Below are positions 1 through 11,614 of a stretch of DNA of 64,000 bases, piece after piece (the stretch's first letter is position 1; every line of letters begins with the position of its first letter). Position numbers and translations under genes: made by a program. The notes below the pieces were generated by a model. That model had not been told where the DNA came from. It ran no database searches and saw only the letters and a program-made list of their open reading frames with translations. This DNA is from Chiloscyllium plagiosum (lineage: Eukaryota): contig NC_057757.1 of NCBI RefSeq assembly GCF_004010195.1, positions 9,061,657-9,125,656 on the forward strand, in the 5' to 3' direction.

Positions 1-400
1 TCTGACGGGGGAGTCACGGAGGGAGTGGTCTTTACGGGGTGCTGGTAGGGGAGGGGAGGGAAATATATCCTTGGTGGTGGGGTCCGTTTGGAGGTGGCGG
101 AAATGATGGCGGATGATACGCTGTACATGGAGATTGGTGGGGTGGTAGGTGACCTGCAATCTTCTTCCTGACCTCTCTGCCCCCGCCCCACTCCGGCCTA
201 TCACCCTCACCTTGACCTATCTCCACCTATCGCATTTCCAACGCCCCTCCCCCAAGTCCCTCCTCCCTACCTTTTATCTTAGCCTGCTGGACACACTTTC
301 CTCATTCCTGAAGAAGGGCTTATGCCCAAAACGTCGATTCTCCTGTTCCTTGGATGCTGCCTGACCTGCTGCGCTTTTCCGGCAACACATTTTCAGCGTT
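1..400. mobile_element. Penelope-like element fragment: ORF piece (1-150, minus) joined to an inverted terminal repeat (150-400, plus)
   Basis: The minus strand translates TYHPTNLHVQRIIRHHFRHLQTDPTTKDIFPSPP, typical of a Penelope RT C-terminal/linker region. The plus strand carries a hammerhead-like CTGAAGA-agggcttatgccc-AAAACGTC at 308-335 (G12 mutated). Confidence 0.75.
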
Positions 401-932
401 CATTTTCAATAGAAGAGATTCATCGCATGATTTTAAACTTTTCACACTGTGACAGGAAATTTCTGTTTGTGACTGCGCTGGAGAAGCGGCCCATTACAAA
501 TGGGAACATTGATGCTAAAGAATAGTGTGTACAACTATTTGTTATCACACACAAGTTTTATTTATTGGCAACATAAGGGACTATTCTAATGAGATATTTC
601 ACTGTATTAATGAATTTCGCTCTGAATCCAGACAATGTTGCTGCCATAATTAAATGCTTTGTGGGTGGGTTCTGACAACATTGTGTAATCTCTGGCCACA
701 ATTTCCTAACTTGGAAATATATCATCATCCTTTCAACGTCACTGGGTCAAAATCCGAGAATTCCCTCCTGGACAAAGCAGGCAGCGTGGCAGAATGACCT
801 TCAGCCATTCAAGGGGAAACTAGGGGCGGGTAATAAATTTTGGGCCCAGCCAGCGATGTTCACATCCCACAAGTGAATAAGAAAAATATCATTTCATTGT
901 CTGGAACCTTCTGTGGGCTTCACTGAGGAGTT

Positions 933-1831
933 TTATTTATTCATAACGCTCATTCCTGTAACCAGATAGCTTACTGCGTTAGTGATCTTCGCTCTGAATT
1001 GAGACAATGTTGCTGCATAAATAAATGTGTTTGTGCAACAACTTAGGTTCTGCAGCATGAAACCAATTCTTCTGAAGTGATATAGAAAAGGCGAGTAATC
1101 ATCAGGATTAATTCCTCGAATGATGTAATATAAGAAATTTACAACATAGATTGACCACAGGAGGATGAAGCTCCCAGAGATGGTGAAGAGCAAAATCACA
1201 GCCTTCCTTCTGCTCTCCATCTCTGGGTCTCTGTGATTCTCTCCTTTGCTCTCACCCTTCAGCCTCTTCCGGACTCGACTGGTCACTAAAATGTGTCTGA
1301 CTGTCAGAGCATTGAGCAACAGAATTAAAACGAATGGCAGTAAAGGGGTTAAAACTGTATCGAGCCAATCTAATACCACCCACCAAGTCTCAGTATAGTA
1401 GCTTGATTTTGTTAGACAGAAGAATGGCACATTGTTAATTATCCTCTTAAGTTCATACTGAAAGTAGAAGGGGATGTTTTTCAAAGAGAACAAGGTGCAG
1501 GTTGTTGCTAGGACCACAGTCGCAGCTTTCTCAGTGCAATATCTTGTTCTCAACTTCTGACAACAAATGTTCACAAATCTGTCAAAGGAGAAAGTGACAG
1601 TGAACCAGACAGAGCAGTCAATTGCTGCATGAGTCAGGGCCCCAATAACACTGCACACAGGAGTGATGTCCAGGAAACATCGTGGATAATAATAAAAGCG
1701 AAATCTCGCTAGTATAATATCAGTGAATATGACCATCAGATCAGCAGCAGACATAACCACCAGGTAGCGGGTAGAGCATGGTGAAATACCACACTTTCCT
1801 TGAGAAAAGATAGCAATTGCCAGAAAATTAA
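933..1831 (-). CDS. GPR139/GPR142-like class A GPCR gene A, exon 2 (TM1 end to C-terminus)
   Basis: The ORF 933-1760 extends upstream in frame to an acceptor tccccacag|TT AAT TTT CTG (AG at 1833-1832). Motifs: NFLAIAIF, MSAADL (TM2), FSFDRF (DRY equivalent), LLPFVLILLLN (TM5), SFILLW (TM6), CTNTFIY (NPxxY equivalent). No internal stops. Confidence 0.92.
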
Positions 1832-3017
1832 CTGTGGGGAGACAAATGGGAAAAGATGTGGTGAATTATTAATAAGAAGTACAACCTGCCTGTTTCAGGG
1901 AACAATAATAAGATTTTATCAACAACAGTGATCGCCAACACTGGTAGGCACAGAACCCCATTTGAAACATTGATCATACCTCGGTCATGGGACAGATGGT
2001 TGGACTGTCAATAAATCAAACTATCCCAATCTGCTTGGATCAGGTAATCCCCTTCTGTTGACATTAGACTAAATCCTGATCACAGCCATAACAGGACCAG
2101 GAAACAGGTCATCAGAACCTGAATAAGATTGCAAACATGTGTCTTACACAAGTGCAACATAACAGACAAATCGGGCTGCTTCAGTGACAATGTGAGAGTG
2201 TTCGAACTGCTGTGATATTTACAGCAGGTCAAACGTCTTAACAGGACAAACATCTCCTCATGCAGAGATCAGGGTTCAATTACCAAGATTTGAATCTCCT
2301 GACCAGTTGAGAAGGAGAGAATTTCCAGAAGAGATGGTAGTTAGATAAAACTTTACAAATCAAAACGGGATTAATATCCTTCAATTCCTTTGTTTAACGA
2401 AGAAAAAACTGTCACAGATTTAAAATTAACAACTGATCCGTTGGGGACGAGAGCTGCAAAGCTCTCCGACAGTGTGTGTTGAAGTTCTCCCTAACATTTA
2501 TCCTGAATGATTTGTCCATAATTCTCAGAGTATGCTCCCTTATTACAGAATCCCCAAATCGTAGTATTAGTTGATCTTTTCCTGTTAAAATCTTGGATAC
2601 TTTGTTCAGCCCTTAGCCTTCAAAATTCTGGCAAAACCAGGGCTCATTTGCATAACAAAAACAAATAGCTCAGCAGGTCTGGAAGCAACTGCGGGAGTAA
2701 AGCATAGATAACGTTTTGGGTCCAGTGATACTTCCTCAGAACTAACTTGCTGATCTCTCCTCATACCTTCAAAATGCATGAAACCAGTAGAGATGACAGA
2801 ACACTGAGACCAAAAAATGCTGTAACAGAAGTCAAGTTGGGAGTCTCTGGCAGTGGAGAATTGTACTGAGAATGCTACTCAGTGAGTTGCTATCACTGTC
2901 CAGGTGCCTGGCAAAAGTTGACCGGTCAGTGAGCTGGAGACGTTATTGTTCAATAGGTAAAACCAGAGAGCAAATTGACAACAGATTAAAACAAGTTAAA
3001 TTGTCATAATGCCATAC

Positions 3018-3084
3018 CAGGAATGCCAATAATACCAAGGATGGTGTAAAACACCTTCTGCACGTGTTGAATTGGTAGATGCAT
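3018..3084 (-). CDS. GPCR gene A, exon 1 (MHLPIQHVQKVFYTILGIIGIP)
   Basis: ATG at 3084, 22 codons plus 1 nt, donor CCTG|GTATGG. The phase-1 join to exon 2 gives GIP-V-NFL, completing TM1. In-frame upstream ATGs exist, so the start is not certain. Confidence 0.85.
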
Positions 3085-3171
3085 TTTCCTGTTTGAGGTG
3101 ATCTGTCCGTTCAGGCAGCTGACAAGCTCCTTGTTTGAGACTCTAAACTGAAGCATTCCCAGAGACGCTGC

Positions 3172-3177
3172 CTTATA
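3172..3177 (-). promoter_or_regulatory. Candidate TATA-like box of GPCR gene A
   Basis: cagTATAAGgc on the minus strand about 90 nt upstream of the ATG at 3084; based on position only. Confidence 0.35.
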
Positions 3178-3799
3178 CTGTGTGGAAGCTCCTTGGGGAG
3201 ATCGAGATGACAGCATTTGTTGCCGTTTTACACATTTCTGTCAATGAAAAACCAGTTTATAACAAGGAGATTAATCCCAATTCTGAAGGAGTGTTGCTGC
3301 TCAGTACATCATAATGAATTTTTTTAAAAAAAACAAGGGAATCTGGAATCTATTGGCAATAACACTATCCACTCAAATGCCATGAGTCCAATCCAGAGAT
3401 CGCAAATTATTTCATTTGCTGCTGCATCGAGACAATTGATTCCAAGAGTAAAATTATGTCTCCGAACTGTGCTTCCGTACTCTAGGGTAGGAGCTGCCTT
3501 CTTTAGACAAGAATATTTCACTCATTGACTGAAATGTGGTTCTTCTGACATACTGAACCTCTGCTGAGGGCAACATTGAATCGCCACTCCAATTTCCAAG
3601 GATCTGGAGTGACGTAAAGGACCAAGTGACAAGAACATACTGCCTTTCATGGGGGAATGGGGCTCAGTGAAAAAGATGAGATTCCAACAATGGAGACATT
3701 CCTAATCTCCCTTGTGTTATCATTGTCCATCCTTGTCAAGAGGCAACTGGGAATGGGTATTAAATAATGGCCACCCAGTGACTCCAACATCCCACCAAT

Positions 3800-4560
3800 A
3801 ACCCTGGGGGTACCATCTATCATCTAGCCCCTGTGTGTGCCCAGTATTATTCAGAATGATGGTACTCTTCTGTTGCGATATCTACCTTTGGCAGCCTGCA
3901 CTCATAAGAACAGGTTTCCCAAGTTATATCAAGGGGAGTGCAGTTAGGAACAAAGCTTGATGTTAGAGGAGCCGAACTCATGGATCACAGGCTCTGGCCA
4001 TGTGATGGTATGGCCTGTTCATTCACATTTACCTAGAAGTGGTCCCTATTGACCTACGCTATCTTTCCACAGCATATGGGAGGGTGTCACGGTAACCCAT
4101 TCAAATGTCTTTTTGATATAATTCTGATATTTCCAACTTCAAAGGTCCTCATCCCAACTTTTTCCCTCAGGATGATTGGAATTTCTAGCACCAAGCCCAG
4201 TGTCTCACCGAGGTTGTCCTTGCAGCTGGCATTAACCCAGACCTTGGTGAGCTGCTCTCACTGACAGTGAGAGATGTTGCTGTGGGTCTTTTCCTGGAAC
4301 AAATGGTCACGCTGTTTGTCACGAATCCAGGGCGGGTCTTTCCCGTGGCTCGTCTGCCTGAACACCACCCTCAGCGGTTTAATCATCCCGTTACCATAGA
4401 TACTGCACTGGGTATGGCTTTGCTGTTCACCGTCATCCTTGATTGGGCCCTGGCTGATCTAGTTAATTGTCTTGGTGTGACCTTTCAGTATAGCCACTAA
4501 GTGATGGCCAGCCTGATTCACCACTAGTTGTCCCATCGTCTGTGTTCAGTCCTGCTGGGG
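3800..4560 (-). mobile_element. Degenerate viral env / fusion-glycoprotein-like sequence, C-terminal part
   Basis: One frame of about 155 codons with three internal stops (QCSIYGNGMIKPLR...PPWIRD...SHCQ*...CKDNLGETLGLVLEIPII...FEVGNIRII), followed by a frameshifted Cys-containing region. Confidence 0.55.
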
Positions 4561-4569
4561 CACGTTTCA

Positions 4570-7330
4570 CATTTTAAAAAAATATTCAGGATTTTTGGTA
4601 AATTTCTGCGGTGCACCTTTTAGATAGTACACATCGCAGTTAATGAGCGCTGTCGGTGGAGGGATTGAATGTTTGTGTATGTCAATCAAGCTTGTGCCAA
4701 TCAAGCGGGTTGCTTTATCCTGGATGGTGTCAAGCTTCTTGAGTGTTGTTGGAGCTGCCCCCATCCAGGCAAGTGGGGAGTACTCCATCACACCCCTGAC
4801 TTGTACCTTGTAGATGGTGGAGAGACTTTGGGCTGACAGCAGGTGGGTTACTCACTACAGTATCCTAGGCATCTGATTTGTTCTTGTAGCCACTGTGTTT
4901 CTGTAATGATTTCAGTTGAGTTTCTCGTAAATGGTAACCCGAAGGATGTTAGTAGTTGGGGATTCAGTAATGATAATACTGTTGAATACCAAGGGGCGGT
5001 GGTTAGAGTGTTTCTTATTGGTGATGGCATTTGTGTGGCATGAATATTATTTACCACTTGTCTGCCCAAGCCTGGATATCGTCCAGATCTTGTTGCATTT
5101 GAGCACGGATTGCTTCAGTATCTGAGGAGTTCTGAACGGTGCTGAAAACGATGCAATCATCCCGCAAACTTCTGACCTTATGGTGAAGCAGCGGAAGATT
5201 GTTGGGCCTAGGACACAAACCTGAGGGACTCCTGCAGAGGTGTCCTGGAGCTGAGATGACTGACCCTCCACAACCACAATCATCTTCCTTTGTGCCAGGT
5301 ATGACTCGAACCAGCAGAATGTGTACCCCCTGATACCCATTGATTCCAGTTTTTTGAGGATCCCTTGACGCCATGCTTGGTCAAATGTGGCCTTGATGAC
5401 AAGGGCTATCGCTCTCACCTCACCTCTGGAATTCAGCTCTTTTGTCCATGTTTGAATCAAGGCTGTAATGAGGTCAGGAGCTGGGTGACACTGGCTAAAC
5501 TCAGACTGGGGGTCACTGAACAGGTCCGTGTTGAGCGGGTGCTGCTGGATAGTACTGTTGATGACCCCTTTCCATCACTTTCCTGATGGCCGAGAGTAGA
5601 CTGATTGGGCAGTAATTGGCCAGGTCCGGCTTTTTATGTACAGGAAATACCTGGGCAATTTTCCACACTGTCAGGAAGATGCCACTGGACTGGAAGAGCT
5701 TGGCTAAGGGAGCACCAAGTTCTGGAGCACACATTTCAGTACTATTGCTGGAATGTCATCAGGTCTCATTGCCTTTGCAGTATCCAGTGACTCCAGCTGT
5801 TCGATATTATGTGGAGTGAATCAAATTGGCTGGAGACTGGTATCTCTGATGCTGAGGACCACTGGAGGAGCCTGGGATGGATCATCCACTCAGCACTTCT
5901 TAGTGAAGATTTTTTGTGAATGCATCAGCTTTATCCTTTGCACTGATGTGCTGAGCTCCCCCCCTCATTAAGGATAGAGATATTTGTGAAACCTCCTCCT
6001 CCAGTGAGTTATTTCATTGTCCACCACCATTCACGACTGGTTGTGGAAGGACTGAAAAGTTTAGATCTGTTGGTTGTGTGATCACTTAGTTCTGTCTATC
6101 ACTTGCTGCTTATACCATTTGGCATGCGAGTAGTCCTGTTTGGTGGCTTCAACAGCCTGACGCCTCATTTATAGGTATTCCTGACGTTGCTCCTGGCATG
6201 CCCTCCTGCACTGGGTGAAAGTGAGGACTGCAGATGCTGGAGAATAGAGTCAAGATTAGAGTGGTGCTATAAAAAGCACAGCAGTTCGGGCAGCATCTGA
6301 GGAGCAGGAAAATTGACGTTTCGGGCAAAATCCCTTCATCAGGAATGAGGCCAGATTGAGTGTCCTCCTGCACTCTCCATTGAACCTGGGTTGATCCCCT
6401 GGCTTGATGGTTGAGTGGGGGGTATGCCAGGCCATGAGGTTAACGACTGTGTTGGAGTACAGTCCTACTGCTGTTGATGTCCCACAGTGCCTCATGGATG
6501 CCCAGTCTTGAACTGTCAGATTGGTTCGAAGTCTGTCCCATTTAGCACAGTGATAGTGCCCCACAACACGATGGAGATTATTCTCAATGTGAAGGTGGGA
6601 CTTCGTCTCCACAAGGTCAGTGCGGTGGTCACTTCTACCGATACTGTCATGGACAGAGGCTTCTGCAGCTGGCAGATTCGTCAGGATGAGGTCAAGTATG
6701 TTTTATCCTCTTGTTGGTTCCTTCACCACTTTCCACAGTCTGCGTCTAACAGTTATATTCTTTAGGACCCAACCAGCTCGATCAGTAATTCTGCAGCCAA
6801 GCCACTCTTGGTGATGGACATTGAAATCCCCCACCCAGCGTACATTTTGCTACTCTCAGTGCTTCCTCCAAGTATTGTTCAACATGGAGGAGTACTAACT
6901 CATCAGTCGAAAGAGGACGGTAAGTGGAAGCCAGTAAGAGGTTTCCTTGCCCATGTTTAAACTGAAGCCATGAGACTTCAGTGGGCCCGGAGTCAACGTC
7001 AAGGACTCACAGGGCAACTCCTTCCTGACTGTATCCCACTGTGGCGCCAGCTCTGCTGGGTCTGTCCTGCCGGTGAGACAGGACACATCCAGGGCTGGTA
7101 ATGGTGGTGTATGGAGTGTCATCTGTAAATTATAATTCCGTAAGAGTGACTATGTCAGGCTTTTGCTTGTCTCGTCTGTTGGTAAGGAGGACTTTGCATG
7201 GTCAACAGGGCTGTTTGTGTTTTTGCCATTGTCTGTTCCAGTTCTAAGGTTGATGCCAGGTGATCCGTCCAGTTTCATTTCTTTGTTGCAACTTTCTAGC
7301 AATTGATGCAACTGGGTGGCTTCCTCGGCT
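4570..7330 (-). mobile_element. Degenerate CR1/L2-group LINE ORF2 (endonuclease plus RT)
   Basis: Fragments NYCPISLLS, WTKELNSRGEVRAIALVIKATFDQAW, GVPQVCVLGP and MEYSPLAWMGAAPTTLKKLDTIQDKA with many frameshifts. A Penelope terminal fragment is inserted at about 6215-6350. Confidence 0.8.
6310..6348 (-). ncRNA. Minimal type I hammerhead ribozyme motif (Penelope terminal repeat), core intact
   Basis: The minus strand reads cattc-CUGAUGA-a-ggga uuuu gccc-GAAAC-GUC; stem I pairing is poor. Confidence 0.55.
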
Positions 7331-7935
7331 ACTTCAGACAGTAGTTGAGAGTCAACCACAGCACTCTGGCCCTGGAGTCATATGTATGCCAGACCAGGTA
7401 AGGATGGCAGATTAGTGAAGCAGGTGGGCTTTTCCTACAATTGACTATGGGCAATTGTGGTGGCACAATGGGTCAATGGTTAGCACTGCTACCTCACAGC
7501 GCCAGGAACCCGTGTTCAATTCCAGCTTCGGTTGACTGTCTGTGTGGAGTTTGCATGTTCTCCCCGTGTCTGTGCAGCTTTACTCTGGGTGCTCTGGTTT
7601 CCTCCCACAGTCCAAAAGTGGTGGAGGTTAGGGTGATTTGGCCATATTAAATTGCCCCATAGTGTTCAGGGATGAGTAGGTTAGGTACATTAGTCAGGGG
7701 GAATGAGTCTGGGTGGGATACTCTTCAGTGGGTCGGTTTGGGCTGAAGGGCCTGTTTCCATACTGTAGGGGTTTTATGAATTGCTTCATGGTCATCAGTC
7801 AACTCTTAATTCCAGATATTTTGATTTTTTATTGAATTGAAATTTCACAATGGTGGAGGATTCGAACCCAGATCCCCAGAGCATCATTCTGGATTAAACT
7901 GTCGATAAATAGTACCACTGGCCACTGCTTCCCCA
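7330..7935 (-). mobile_element. tRNA-headed SINE with Deu-like central domain, interrupted by a V-SINE
   Basis: B-box-like gggttcgaatcc, then tctggaattaagag...gatgaccatgaa and ctgccatccttacctggtctggc...tgactccag...gtggttgactctc, matching the Deu domain as I recall it. Confidence 0.65.
7458..7780 (+). mobile_element. HE1/V-SINE copy (diverged)
   Basis: tggttagcactgct...tgtgtggagtttgca...gaagggcctgtttcca, shared with the other copies. Confidence 0.85.
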
Positions 7936-8280
7936 CTAAATGTCGCGCTCTGATCCTGCGTTTATTGTCCAAAATAGCAAGGTCAAGGATATTGGCTGGT
8001 GACACTCATGTCCTGTACGCTGTGGCGAGATCATTAAGGAGTTCCCTTCTCTCTCTTCTGTTAACTGTTGTTCCGGCTTCTCCCTCACATACCCCTGTCC
8101 CTCATCCCATTATCCTGCAGGTCAGGTGGGAATATTATCGTTTTAATGGGGAAGGACGCCACTCTGGTAACTGTAACCCTGATGCATCTATTTTGATTGG
8201 AATTAGTTTTGGTGAATGTTATCGAACAACCTTTTCCCGGCTTCATGACAACTCCATTGGGAGGCCCTTCACTCCTGGTC
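7935..8280 (-). mobile_element. Degenerate viral env / fusion-glycoprotein-like sequence, N-terminal part with furin site
   Basis: One frame from 8206: LIPIKIDASGLQLPEWRPSPLKR*YSHLTCRIMG*GTGVCEGEAGTTVNRRERR-ELLNDLATAYRT*VSPANILDLAILDNK; RRERR at 8059-8045. Confidence 0.6.
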
Positions 8281-9952
8281 TCGGCCCAATTTTAGTTTTG
8301 CTCTTGAGGGATTCTCACTGATGGGGCTTCCCAGGGCATCGCTGTCTGAACTCCGACCCCTGGTCTGGGCTATAAGCTCATTATCTCACGACCATGCACC
8401 CATTCTATGGGAAACGCCACCAATCATCTGTGATTCCCCCCCGCGTTCCTGCAACACAATGTGAAAATCCCATGGGTTTCCTGTCCACTACCAGCTGAAG
8501 GTTGCACCTGAATCCCACCGATTCCGCAGGCTTGACCCAGAGGGCCCCACCTACACGCACCGCTGTGCCTGATGGATCATTCGACAAGAAGGTTGAGTAC
8601 ATGCTTTTCCCTTGTGTCTGTGAGGATTTACAATTTTGAATCTAGCTTGTCAAAAGCAACAAATATATGTAGGTTTTCATTAACCACAAAATGGCTTTTC
8701 AATTTAAAATAACACGACAAAATAGCTTCAAGTTATCATTTGACACTGTGAACCTGCATTACTGCTTTGCTGCGTTAGGTGAATTAGAAGATAAAACAGA
8801 CAATGGAGTCTTCCTAAAATGAATCACAAGCGATTAATTGACCACTCGAAGTAACCTTGAGATGATGATCTACATAAGAAACATTTCCCAGGAAATATCT
8901 TTGGATTAACCTGCTGTTAATCATGTCACCTTATTACATTTGATTGGCCTTTTCTTGTAATTAAGGCTTAGCTGTCTCTTAAACAAAACGTACAAATAAT
9001 GTTTATTTTTCAAATGCGATTGCGCAACTTCGCCACAGAACACAGAAGCTTTAACCTCTGTGTTGCTGGACAAAACTGTGCCAGGCTGCCTTATTTTATT
9101 AAACCGGTAACCTTGCTTTATACAGATTGCATTCCATTGATTATTTTGACAGATCACGAAACTGAGAGGTGCTGCCTGAGATCTATATCTTCACCTGTGC
9201 TCCATCTTTACATTCAGTCATTATAAAGCTGATTCACAATATACAGTAAAAACTCCCGAAGGCCACATCGCTGCCTTGGATTAGTCACTGTGGTTACTTC
9301 CTAAAAAGAGAACAAGACTAATTTCTGTAAATATCTTGGCCTAATATCCGACGCAGTATTCTACATGACTTCAGATAAATGTCAAATTATTTGATTGTCA
9401 CCCATTCCTGGTCCCCCTACAAGAGAATAAATGTGTCCCGCGTGCAGGATGTGATGAGGAGGTCAAATACTGTCTACACCGTGTCTCTAGAATCATGCTT
9501 TTGAAATCTTCTTACGGATTAGTCGTCAGATATTCTTTCAAGTGTCTGCAGGATTATTTCTTACATTCACAGATTTGACTACAATAAGCTTAGAAATTTT
9601 ATTCATTCATGTCTGGCTCTCTTCCACAAATATATTGAGTCATTAAAGTCCCACTCCTCAGTTTACATCCCTCACTGTCCCGAAACAGATTGACCTGATC
9701 TGTGCAGGGACAAAGGGGAAGGCCTCTTCTTGTCCCTCTGTTAACCTCTCCTATAAACAGTGTCCTCACTGTGTCGGAGGTCAGTATATCATTTGAATTG
9801 AGCACAAATGGAGACGCATAATACAGTGAGGATTCTTCAGTGTGAACACGAATGAATCTGTAAAAATGTGGGAAAATGAGAGGGGATGCATTTTAGCGGG
9901 AAAGTAGAGTTGTGGTTAAACTCAGATCGGACACGAACTCACTGAAAGGCAG

Positions 9953-10268
9953 AGTAGATTACTTACAGTGTGGAAACAGGCCCTTCGGCCCAACAAGTCC
10001 ACACCGACCCGCCGAAGCGAAACCTACCCAGACCCATTCCCCTACATTTACCCCTTCACCTAACACTACGGGCAATTTAGCATGGCCAATTCACCTAACC
10101 TGCACATTTTTTGGACTGTGGGAGGAAACCAGAGCACCCGGAGGAAACCCACGCAGACACGGGGAGAATGTGCAAACTCCACACAGTCAGTCGCCTGAGG
10201 CGGGAATTGAACCCAGGTCTCTGGCGCTGTGAAGCAACAGTGCTAACCACTGTGCCACCGTGCCACCC
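9953..10268 (-). mobile_element. HE1/V-SINE, full length
   Basis: tRNA-like head ggcacggtggcacagtggttagcactg, conserved body and ccacactgtaagtaatct tail on the minus strand. Confidence 0.92.
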
Positions 10269-10587
10269 GTAAGCTTGTTCCTTGTGTGTATTTTTGGATA
10301 AATCGGCCTCTGTTCCCATTCATTACCTAATAACAGCTCGACATTCAACCGGAATGACTCACAGTTCCTTCAGGAAACTTCAAACCAATCAAATCTCATC
10401 GGTCCAACGTGACCATTACATAGTTGGAACTTTACTGGTGAATAACGTCCACTAAAAGATGGAAAGTAAGTTAAACACGGGCTACAGTTTGCTTTTGGAA
10501 ATAAACAGGAGGGGCATGGAAAATAAACACTTGTGAACGATTGTTGTTAGTAAACGTGTAAGTTGGTAGTCTATCATTTCTTGTTTG

Positions 10588-10958
10588 TTCAAAGTTTGGG
10601 AGAAGATTTTTAGCTCGGGTGCTCGTTGTTGTGGTTCTGTTCGCCGAGCTGGGAATTTTTTTTTTGTTGCAAACGTTTCGTCCCCTGTTAGGTGACATCC
10701 TCAGTGCTTGGGAGCCTCCTGTGAAGCGCTTCTGTGGTGTTTCCTCTGGCATTTATAGAGGCCTGTCCCTGCCGCTTCCGGTTGTCAGTTTCAGCTGTCC
10801 ACTGTAGTGGTTGGTATATTGGGTCCAGGTCAATGTGTTTGTTGATGGAGTTTGTGGATGAGTGCCATGCTTCTAGGAATTCCCTGGCTGTTCTTTGTTT
10901 GGCTTGCCCTATAATGGTAGTGTTGTCCCAGTCGGATTCATGTTGCTTGCCGTCTGCA
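10588..10958 (-). mobile_element. Penelope-like element 3' end (GIY-YIG C-terminus plus terminal repeat)
   Basis: Translates KQHESDWDNTTIIGQAKQRTAREFLEAWHSSTNSINKHIDLDPIYQPL; same family as the insert at 53086-53544. Confidence 0.85.
10669..10707 (-). ncRNA. Minimal hammerhead ribozyme motif, core intact
   Basis: gca-CUGAGGA-u-gucaccu aac aggggac-GAAAC-GUU-ugc; stem I is gca/ugc and stem III is the palindrome ACGU. Confidence 0.7.
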
Positions 10959-11256
10959 GCAGTGTATGTGAAGAAAGGCTCCTGGGGCAAATCCAGCCAG
11001 GTACTCTCTCTCTCTCTCTCTCTCTAACTTCAAGCCTGCTGGCCCTGGTTTGTTCCATTGTTTACTCTTTGTCCTCAGGGATGTGTTTATCTGGAGCATT
11101 GCAAGTATTTTCGGAACAGGGTCATTAAGTCAGGATTCTCCGTCGGGTTTTTGGACTAGGTAAGTCAGCCAGTATTCTACTTTCTGGTTTTTTTTTGTGT
11201 TTCATTCCGTAACTTTGTAAATAAATTTTGTTTGTTAAAAATTTGGCCGACGGACC

Positions 11257-11590
11257 AGAGTCGAGAGTGTGGTGCTGGAAAAGCACATCAAGTCAGGCAG
11301 CATCAGAGAAGCTGGACAATCGACACTTTGGATAAAAGCCCTTCATCAGGAATGAGGCTTGTGGGCCGGGAGTGCAGAGAGATAGATGGGAGGGGAGTGG
11401 GATTGGTGGGAAGTAGATGGGAAAGCGATAGGTTGATGGAGGTGAGGGAGAAGGCGATAGCTCAGAGAGGAGGTTTGAGCAGATAGATGAGAAAGGTGAT
11501 GGATAGGTCAGGAGGGCGAAGCCGAGTTGGAGGCTTGGGACTGAGACAATGTGTGGGGTGGGGAAACAAGGAAACTGTTGAAATGCACAT
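11257..11590 (-). mobile_element. Penelope-like element 3' terminal region (degenerate hammerhead at about 11320-11355)
   Basis: Same terminal family as 150-400; probably continuous with 12796-13084 before the CR1 insertion. Confidence 0.7.
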
Positions 11591-11614
11591 TGATCCCATG
11601 TGGTTGCAGAGTAT

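Noticed and set aside
3004..3216. 70-aa ORF as a standalone gene or long N-terminus
   Set aside because: Its 3' part is exon 1 of gene A read through the donor site. The upstream ATGs lie before or just after the TATA-like box, and gene B also starts MH at the equivalent position.
9953..10268. tRNA-like A/B boxes in SINE heads as tRNA genes
   Set aside because: They continue into the SINE body and tail and do not form complete cloverleaves.
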